Shown one piece after another: positions 54,400 through 64,000 of a stretch of 64,000 bases of DNA. This DNA is from Malacoraja senta (taxonomy: Eukaryota), in the NCBI GenBank assembly GCA_038087875.1, contig CM075987.1, positions 18,850,001 to 18,914,000 on the forward strand, in the 5' to 3' direction. Position numbers and translations under genes: made by a program. The notes beneath the pieces are model-generated. The model searched no databases and had not been told where the DNA came from. It saw only the letters and a list, made by a program, of their open reading frames with translations. Within the stretch, counting starts at the first letter, position 1, and each line of letters opens with the position of its first letter.

Positions 54400-54992
54400 A
54401 CAAGAAACATAGAAAAATAGAAAATAGGTGCAGGAGTAGGCCATTCGGCCCTTCAAGCCTGCACCGCCATTCAATATGATCATGTCTGATCATCCAACTC
54501 AGTATCCTGTACCTGCCTTCTCTCCATACCCACTGATCCCTTTAGCCACAAGGGCCACATCTAGCTCCCTCTTAAATATAGCCAATGAACTGGCCTCAAC
54601 TACCTTCTGTGGCAGAGAATTCCACAGATTCACCACTTTCTGTGAAAAATGTTTTTCTCATCTCGGTCCTAAAAGATTTCCCCCTTATCCTTAAACTGTG
54701 ACCCTTTGTCCTGGACTTCCCCAACATCGGGAACAATCTTCCTGCATCTAGCCTGTCCAACCCCTTAAGAATTTTGTAAGTTTCTATAAGATCCCCCCTC
54801 AATCTTCTAAATTCCAGCGAGTACAAGCCGAGTCTATCCAGTCTTTCTTCATATGAAAGTCCTGACATCCCAGGAATCAATCTGGTGAACCTTCTCTGTA
54901 CTCCCTCTATGGCAAGAATGTCTCTCCTCAGATTTGGAGACCAAAACTGTACGCAATACTCCAGGTGTGGCCTCACCAAGACCCTGTACAAC
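54400..54992 (-). mobile_element. CR1-type LINE 3' fragment
   Basis: LVRPHLEYCVQFW...RTKGHSLRI, plus a 3' tail with catagaaa-type repeats. Confidence 0.9.
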
Positions 54993-57487
54993 TGCAGATG
55001 CTGGAATCTTGAGCAAAAAACAAAGTGCTGGAGGAACTCAGTGGGTCAGTCTGAAGAAAGGTCCCAACCCGAAACGTCACCTGTTCATTCCCTCTACAGA
55101 TGCTGCCTCACCCACTGAGTTCTTCCAGCATTCTGTATTGTGCTGAAGATCCAACATCTATAGCCGGAGGAACTCAGCGGGTCAGTCAGCATCTGAGGAG
55201 GGAATGGACAGACGACGTTTCGTGCCGGGACCCCTCGGGCTTGTTTATTGTCAATGAAGATTCCCACATCTGCATTCCAATAAATAGCACGAAGAAAATC
55301 ATTTTGGAAACGAGTGGTGTGATCACCGTCACTTTTCAATCACAAGCATCTCACTCATTTCCCACTGCCCGACGTATGGGGAGAGCAGGCCTGGCCAGTA
55401 CTTAACACGCCTCACTTACCCTGAATTCACTTATTTAATTTAGAACAATCATATCGGTTTACGTTAAAATAGCCTTAACCAAACCACTGGAATTCAAAAT
55501 GCTTTTGGAAGGGGAAATTTTGCGGAATCCAGGAAAGTATTTGCTACATGAACTCGAGATTATATCCATCGTGTCCTCTATGCAGATGGTACGGGACCAG
55601 TTCATCTGTCCAACCATTAGACCCGCCACTGGCTAGACTGGCTAGTCAGGCAATTGGCAACGCCCCTGGCGACGAGTTTCCAAAACGTTCTTAAATGATT
55701 AATACGGATCTGCAAATGTATTAGTAAGCTGGGATCGCTGGTTGGTGTGGACTCGGTGGGCCGAAGGGCCTGTTTCTGCACTATATCTCTAAACTAAACT
55801 AAACTAAACGAAACGAAACCAAACACCCAAACCCAACATTGAGATACCGGGGGATATGTCAATTACCCGACCAGTCAGTTGTGAGTCTAGCGGCAGGACA
55901 GATGAAATGACTCTAGCCCCGACACTAGCGGCAGGTAGTGGGGATCAGAATCAGCGCGGATGTTTAGCAAATCCGAAGATAGATATTTTGAGCTTCTTCC
56001 AGGTATTTGAGAAGAAGCTGCTTAATAAAGCCGACTAGTTCGACTCTGGACAGAAATAATGCGAGAAAAAGACCATCAATGCTACTTTTTAATTTCAAAA
56101 AGCAACGTATAAACAAAATAAAAAGCCAAAATTCATAATACATTCTTAGTGTGTTCATACATGCATTATTGCTAGTGTTATAGCCAGTAGTGTTAGCACC
56201 CATTTTGATCTTTACACGATGCGCCATTGGGGCCTATGTGCCCCCCGGGGGTGATATCCCTTCCCTTGTTTGAGGGGAGTTGCCACTGGACTCTGCCCCT
56301 CAATGTCCAGCAGCGAAAGGACCCTGGAACTATAGGCTAGCAAGTAGTCAGTGAAATCTGCCCAGAAAGAGCGGTTGATGGCGATATAAATCTTACTGGA
56401 AGATACAATTAGAGGCTCTTTAGATGGTGGTAGATATGGAATATTGATGTCCTAAAACGCTTTCAGACACATATATTTAGCTCCCTCACACAATAGACAA
56501 TAGAAGTGGGGGAAAAAGGTATAGAACACAAAGCGTTGGAGTAACTCAGCGGGTCAGGCCACATGTGGTTCGAACATAGGTTGTTCTTCATTTCCGTCAA
56601 ACAAGGAGACTTGTAAACTGGACATGGAGCATAAAACAGTGCAGCACAGGAACAGACCATTCAGCCCACAATGTCCAAGCCATGCATAAAGCAAGTTCGA
56701 AGGATCTTGACCCGAAACTTCTCTCCAGAGATGCTACATGCCCTGCTGAGTTACACCAACATGTTGTGTCTATCTAAACTTTAAGTAATTTCATCTCCCT
56801 GCACGTGTTCCATACCCCTCCATATCCACGTGTCTATCCAGAAGCCTCTTAAATGTATAGCCATTTTCAATTGTATGATACCGATAGCAATTTATAATTT
56901 GAATCGATAAAATTTGAGATAAATCAAAATTCTCTTTAGTTTAGACACAATACATGCATTTTGCACCTTTTCAGTCGGTGTCGTGGTTTGGACTCAGGCT
57001 TATGTTATTTGCGCGCATTACGCTCGTTCCCAACATTGGACAAGGAGCCGATAGAATAATTCAACTACGTAATCTTTGCGGGTCTGTATTTCACTGTGGT
57101 AAAGAGATGGCCAAGGGCTAAAGGCGTGGCTCCGGGGGACAGCGGGCTCTGGTCGGCTGACATCCGATACTTGGAGACGCAATGAACTGCAGTTGCTGCA
57201 ACATTGAGCAAAACGCAAGGCGCTGGAATAACTCAGCGAGGCAGGCAGCATCTGTGGAGGTAAATGGACGACGTTTCGGGTCGGGCCCCTTCTTCAGACT
57301 GATCTCTTCGTGGACTTTGCTTTCATTCTCCGGATACTGAAGGGGCTGCGGCGTTCACTTTATATTCAATGTTGGAGAATGTGTTTAGTATCAGATGCGG
57401 ACATGAAAGTGTAACCAACGGTGTTTAAAGATGAGTGTAAGTGAATCTCTGTGGAGTATGCATGAGTGTCAGCAGCAGTTCGTGATT

Positions 57488-57715
57488 AGGCCACCAGCAT
57501 AATCATGGACAAGTCGCGCCCTGGCCACTCCATCCTTCCTTCTCCCATCGGGCAAAAGGTACAGAAGTGTGAAAACGCACACGTTATTCCCTTTATCATA
57601 GCTGGATTATAATCAATATGTTGTCTTTCTGCTGACAGGTTAGCACGCAACAAAAGCTTTTCACTGTGCTTCCGTTCACGTGACAATAAACGAAACTCAA
57701 AGTCAAACACATAAC
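57488..57715 (+). mobile_element. LINE 3' fragment (Rex1/Babar-like)
   Basis: tctcccatcgggcaaaaggtacagaagtgtgaaaacgcac ... aaaagcttttcactgtg...gtgacaataaac. Reverse copies lie at ~10960-11260, 15465-15690 and 44745-44990. The family name is tentative. Confidence 0.5.
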
Positions 57716-59943
57716 ACAATGTATATTAGTCTCAAAACTTCCTTACACTTAGTGACTTGAGCCTCCAGGTCTTCTTGGACAATTTCAAAGATTCACTATC
57801 ATGAGGCTGGCTGATGAAATTTCATCTTATCAGTCCTAAATGGCTAACCCCAAATTGAAGACAGTGACCCCTGTTTTAGACACATCAGCCGTGGGAATTA
57901 TTATTTCTTCATCTACGCTGTACAACCGCATTGGATTAATATATGTTTTCAGCAGGAAACAATGAAACAGAAACCATAACGTCCATGCAGACCCATAAAT
58001 AACAGAGCTAACCCCACTTCCCAAATCTTGTCAGATTATCTATTATTATTTGTATCTGCCTCTCACATCCATTCATAGCTGTTCCTGTTCAGTGAAGAAA
58101 ATGTTCTTACACTTTGCTAGAATTTTTCTACTAATCAGCTTAAGTCTATGGTTCGTTGTTATTGTCATCTATTATGAGATGTACATCATTTGTGTTTACC
58201 CTGTCTAAGCCATCCATCATTTTATTCATCTTAATTACATCACCCTCAGTCCCCTTTGTTATGTAGAAAACAAACCTCCATCTGAAGTTTCTCTTTATAA
58301 CTATAATTCTTCATTATGGAATTTCCTTGCCAATCATACGTGCACCCTCCCTAGTTCAGGCTTTCAAGTACAATCGGGGTGATGAAGTCACCATATTGAG
58401 TTGGCATCAGACCAAGAAGATGGTAAATAAAAAGATTTCACCGGATTGAGATAAACTCTGCAGAATGTTGTGTTTATACGAAGCTTTAATGGGAGGAAGG
58501 GGAAACCTCACCACTAATCCAAGGAAAGAGTGATGATATGGACAATATTCCTGCCAAAATCACATGCCTCTCTGAAAATAATGAACCATTTCAGATAACT
58601 GGTTAGTCACAAAATAATCCACTTTCAAGCTATATAGCACGAATCAGATGCTTCCTGAAGTCTTTCCATCCCGCTCAAGAATAATCGTCAATTCAGCCAG
58701 CATATTCTCAGCAGGCAACATGGAGACATAGCAATGAAATAAAAGAGTAGGTGCAGAATTAACTTGAGACTGAAAAGTCAAAGAAAAAAAAGCTGCCCTC
58801 TCCAGTGCAAATAACTCATCAATGTTTAAATCACTCCATCATATTTTTAAAACAAAGATATAAGGATGTGGGGTTCCAGAACATTTTGGGCCATGAGGTT
58901 ACAGATCATGTTGGAGCATAATTCTGCTGCACTTGATGACCCACAGCCACATATGGACACTCCCTTTTGTGCTGCCCAGATCAGTCCTGAACATATATCT
59001 ATCTAGTGCAGGGTAGGGCCACAGAACACAATGGACCATGTCCTCAGCATGCTCTACAAGGATTTGTAATGGTGACTCCGAATAATACTACCAAGAACAG
59101 TGCACAACATTGGTTAAAGATATTCCCTTTTGGTTCAGTCAACGCATCATAGTCAGATGGCTAATGTTCAGCAATGCAGCTATTGTTGGGCATTGAATCC
59201 CAGTCTACAGTTTATGCCCTTCCGAATCTCAGTGCTTCACTGTTATGTAGTGGGATTACTGCTTCCTTGGATGATGGTTGTAAATCAGCTCTCTTGACCC
59301 ATGTCACATTGGGTCTGGAGTTAATGACAAAAATTGCCAGGACTGCTTCCATTCTGCCTGCATACAACAGTTGTCACTGCGGCTGGGTCTGCCCTGCCTG
59401 TGGAATGGGATGTATTCAGGGTTTGGGATGGAAGAGTCTGGGACATTGGCTATGTTAGCCTGTAGCTTGACCAGTACTGGGTCAATTCTCCTGGTTAGAC
59501 GACCATCCCTCAATAGTCATGATAAGAACATTGCCTTGTCATACTCCAATTAGATTCGCAAATTTAAACTGGTTACAGGTTGCACTGTCTCATTAGAGTC
59601 TTTTTGTAAGTACAATGAGTGCAAAGTGTTAACGAGTTGGCAAAATTTGGCCAATATTCAAGTGGCAGGCAAGTCTTGTTCACTTGTGAAAGAGTTCATG
59701 CATGTTTAGTCTTTAGGCAGATGGAGATGCAATAAACAGGATGCTGCATGGCTCAAGGCATGTCATGGCCTTAATCTTTTACCTGTGGCAAGAACAAACT
59801 GCCACTCATTGCTTATTATGTGGGGCGGATACCTGGAATTGATTATTGCGCCTGAAATGCTCAACTTGCAGATTATTAACCAAAATCAAGAATTTCACAA
59901 GCTCCTCACAACTTTCAATAAAGACTGTTCAAAGGCATACAAG

Positions 59944-62900
59944 TTTATTGCAGGATAATTTATTTCAAACAGGATTAAGCGTCCTTGAATTTTTTTTAAC
60001 AGTACAAAATAGTGTACATTTGCTCCTAATGAAAATATATGACATTGACTGACATTTTATATCATGAAGGAACAATTCAGTAAACTGAAAAACCAAGGCA
60101 GCTATGAACAAAATAAATAAATTAAACCAGACATCAATTATATTTAAGTAACATTTTGAAAGTGATGGCAGCTTGCTGAATGAACAAATGGCACTCAATC
60201 TATTCAAAAACTGAACCTGACAAATACTGAATGGAATTTTCTTCCCCATCATGCAACGGAATCTTAAATTTCAGGCTGGGAATGAAATGATATTTCACCA
60301 ATTAATACTGTAGGTAATGCTACTGAACATTGGTGGGACTTTTCAAATGTTTTAAAGCACAGTTAGGTCTCTAAAAAAAAGGTGCTGTTGTGTTGCTGAG
60401 GAATGGGATGTTGTGAAACCAAATACATGACAATTGGACACTTCAAAGTTGGACAGGCAGACAGTGTTACAATTCAATATAAACATTTTTCTTTTCTGTC
60501 TGTAGACATACAGGAGTTTGGTCTTAATACATGTTTTAGATAGCTCATAGCAAAAGTCTGGAAATGGAACAAAAAAGGAGCAAGATACCTGGAGTGAAAT
60601 ATCAAAAACAGCAGGTTTATTTGTGGCACAAGATGAATTAAGAGCTCATCTGCAACAAATATGCTGAGAGAACATCATGGGAATGTACCTTGACTCCAAA
60701 TTCACAATTTATCAAATGCATTGGTAGAATATTTAATATGTCTTTATAACCTTTCAAGATCAGGTTATTCGATCTGCCAAAAATATTTTAAAAGACTCTG
60801 AACTAACAGTAATCAATCTATTCACAGGAAAACATCTAATATTATTAAACACAGATCATTTTCAAATAGAGGTTTAAAAAATTTGACATTTTGTCAGAAT
60901 GAATGGTTCTTGGGCAGTGAAATAAGATTTGCAAGATAGTGGAGAGTCAATCTGATGCCAGAGGAAATATTTCTGCATGCTTAAAAATAATTAGGCCTAA
61001 TAATATGCAAATCCTGTCTGCCAAAGGAACCTTGATTTCTTGTGGACCATATATTTCAAATAACCTCTATGTTTCAAATCTTTGTGTTAAAATTAATAAG
61101 TAAGACTGCCACTAGCAAGGCATCAAATCTCTGCCCACAAAAGCATAAGCCAACCCATAAAGTTAATTTTTTTTAAAACTTAACTTATCCTTTAATTTTA
61201 TTACTCATTAATTTTAAACAAGGCCCTGTTTTAATTAAGTTACATAATAATATTTGACGGTGTAGGAGATCTTTACACTTGCCTTCTAGTGTTAATAACG
61301 GTATTTTATATGCTAGAGGTAGATATGGAATCCTTATTATCCCTGAGCTCTAAGTTGCAGTCCCACTATCCATCATTAAAAAGTACTCTAATTTAGAGAG
61401 TGGCAGTGATAGGATGGTGGGATTGAGCTTTGAGCTTGTGGGTATCGATTTAGATAACAAGATCTCCGGATTGAGAGAATAAATTGCCTTTCTGCAGTTA
61501 GCTCTGTGGTAGAGATTGTCAGGGATAGTTTTAGCAGGAAGGTTGTCAGGGTGACCTGGAATAATTGGAGTGATCTTGAGTTTGAAGTAGTATGGCACAC
61601 CAAGGCATTGGTATTTCATATGTTAAGAACAAGCCCAGGCCAATAGTTGGCTAACGTAATATTCATTGTTTAAGCAACTAGAACTCATTATTTGCCTATT
61701 ATTGAGAACTAACACTTACCCCATAAGAAACGCATAGGCCCTGACCAGATCCTCCCTGAACAAAATGTGCAGTGAGGGAGATCCTTGACCACATTTCTGG
61801 AGGTTTTGTGTGGATATCGGATATTGTCTTGGTATAAAAACAATATTGTGGCAGGTGTGGGTGTGTTTGTTAGATTTTAAACAACTCAGAATAATTGGGG
61901 GCAGCTTTTCTTGAGAAGAACAAAAATGTTGCACCTCGAGGAGATCTTCAAGCGCACAATATAGACTCCTGTTCTTGTGGGTGGCTCTCCAGCTGCTGTC
62001 AGCTTCTTTATTTTTAATTCATTTTTTCCTCACTGTCCCAGTTTTTCTAAACATCATGCTAGTGGGTTTGCTCATTAATCTTGCAGATGACCTACTAAAA
62101 AATTCAGAACAGGAGGCTTTTCTAAAAGCAAAAATAAGCACTAGGTCTCACCAGGGCACTCTACCTTAAAATTGGTATAGCTACAATGGTTAAAATATGT
62201 ATTGACTTTCATTCAGGCTTTTTTTTTTTTTTTAAGTATCATTATTTTATCATTGAAAAAATACATTTTCCAAAAATATACTATTTTCACTGACTGAGCA
62301 AGGAATCTGATGAAAAACAGAAAATAAATTGGAGAACATTTCTGGCTGGTGTTGCCACAAAGCAAGCACTGCATTTGGTGTGATTAAAATACATCAAAAC
62401 TATTCCTCACTATCCAATTAATATGATCGATTTAACAAGGGGTTAAGAATGATTCTTTCAATACTTTTAATACTTGGACATTGAGGCAAAGTTCTTTAAA
62501 GTTAGAAGATATGGCCAAATTGTTATGCCACACAACTGAACTGATCACAAAAATCAAATTAGAGTGTTCAATTCTTATCCAATTCTGAAACTTATGCAGG
62601 CGAGTACACATTCAACAAGGAGACTAGGGTGTGAACTGAAGTACAATTTTAACAATCTAAATGACAGCAAGTTAGCACATTGTTTGCACACACCCTGATG
62701 CCTATGCTGAGCTAAACCAACACAATTATTCAATAAATGAGATAACTTTATTCAGTTTGGTAAACTTAAATATCATCTCAAATTAGAAATGGAGGCGTAG
62801 GATCAGAGGATATTTCAATTAATTAGTTTGGTAGAAGATGTTAGGAGGTCCTCCTCGAGACTGATAAACTAGTTAAATTATTGGTCCAGCAACGTACACT

Positions 62901-63478
62901 GGGGACAGTTAGTGTGTCTTTGCAAATACTACAAGGGTAGTTAAAGCTGCAGAAGCATCAGATCAAGAATACGACCTCATGCTCCAATCATAAAGTAGAT
63001 CAATAAATTCCAAATTCTCTCCGCAGCTTTCAATTCTGTTAAACTTAAAGGGAAAATTAAAAGAGTAGATGGAAGAAAAAGAGGGAAAACTTAAAGAAAA
63101 CTTAAAAAGACAGGTTCATATCATGCAACACATCCCAACTCCTCATCCAATGATGAATGGCACATTTGCCAATTTAAAAAAATCATACCAGAATCAGCAA
63201 TCAGAAATGAGCAGCGAAGGGATGATGTGTGGGCATGATTGTAAATTCCTCCAAAAAGGCACACAAACAACTTAAGTACTTATCATGCTGCCTAAAAGTG
63301 ATTGAGTTCTCAAAGATACTCACAATTAAGTCACGCCTTAGACCTAAACATCATTGTCCAGACTGATATTCATAACAAATGGTGGTGTGATCTGGAGATA
63401 ACAAATATCCTCACCAGAACAGCTACCTGTACAAAACAGATGAGCCATTCATTATCCAGGAATTACTTGAAAATTGTT
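59944..63478 (-). other. qsox2: Probable long QSOX2 3'UTR with candidate poly(A) signals
   Basis: AT-rich stretch downstream of the stop with no recognisable young repeats. Minus-strand AATAAA at 62747-62752, 60616-60621 and 59944-59949, each followed by U/GU-rich sequence. The true 3' end is unknown. Confidence 0.5.
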
Positions 63479-64000
63479 TTAAACACAAGGACGGGTATAT
63501 TTGGTTTTCCACCTTTTGGACCTCATTTGGAAATAGAAGTACATGATCATGAGGAAAAAACTGGAAGCTCCATACAACAGGATACAAAGGCTCATGTCCA
63601 TCCTGGAAAAGCCTACTCCAAGAAATGAAATATGTTTCCCTTCTTTTCTATAGCTGTCTAGCTCCTGTCTTTCCATGTTTTGGTCCAGCAGATCAGTCCT
63701 TTCTCGCTTCACCAAGGCACCATTTCTTGAGTTTTGGTCTATGTTCTGGGCATCGATTTTCAGCTCCTTTTGGCTATGCATCAACTGGGGTGGACCTTGC
63801 TCTTTACCTTTCTTTCCATTATCTTTGACAACTGCCTTGTGGATTTGAGACTCATATCCACTATATTTATATGAAATATTGTCCACACTGTAATGTGATT
63901 TCAAAAATCTCAGAACCTCCTCCTCCTTCCAGGTATCGAGACCTTTGATTTCTTCATGACATACAGGACAGCCATCAGCAGTTGGCCATGCCACTTTAGG
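63479..64000 (-). CDS. qsox2: QSOX2 (sulfhydryl oxidase 2) last coding exon, truncated by the window edge
   Basis: Reads WPTADGCPVCHEEIKGL (C-terminal CxxC) ... FLGVGFSRMDMSLCILLYGASSFFLMIMYFYFQMRSKRWK (transmembrane segment plus basic tail), then a TAA stop at 63479-63481. QSOX2-LHX3 adjacency is conserved in vertebrates. Confidence 0.95.
   Translation of the reverse strand, partial: PKVAWPTADGCPVCHEEIKGLDTWKEEEVLRFLKSHYSVDNISYKYSGYESQIHKAVVKDNGKKGKEQGPPQLMHSQKELKIDAQNIDQNSRNGALVKRERTDLLDQNMERQELDSYRKEGKHISFLGVGFSRMDMSLCILLYGASSFFLMIMYFYFQMRSKRWKTKYTRPCV

Overview
This is vertebrate nuclear DNA, most likely from a cartilaginous fish (skate or ray). That call rests on the repeat content: CR1 LINEs, HE1/V-SINE-like tRNA-headed SINEs and Penelope-like fragments. 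The window holds the conserved QSOX2-LHX3 gene pair, both on the minus strand. The last coding exon and probable long 3'UTR of QSOX2 lie at the right edge. LHX3 coding exons 1a (49148-49220), 2 (33429-33600), 3 (10340-10542) and 4 (8691-8842) follow, with canonical splice sites and matching phases. I could not find LHX3 exons 5-6; a 200-N assembly gap sits at 4314-4513. Most ORF-track entries are repeat or microsatellite artefacts. I see no clear new multi-gene system. The best leads are: (1) a candidate alternative first exon inside LHX3 intron 2 that resembles the LHX3b N-terminus and splices in frame to exon 3, giving a LIM1-less isoform; (2) many Penelope-type minimal hammerhead-ribozyme motifs; (3) a ~380-bp inverted duplication in intron 1; (4) a cryptic, highly decayed ~25-bp satellite filling much of intron 2; (5) a perfect 108-bp AT-rich palindrome; (6) a G-rich minisatellite that expanded inside a LINE fragment. 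Repeat boundaries and family names were read by eye and are approximate.
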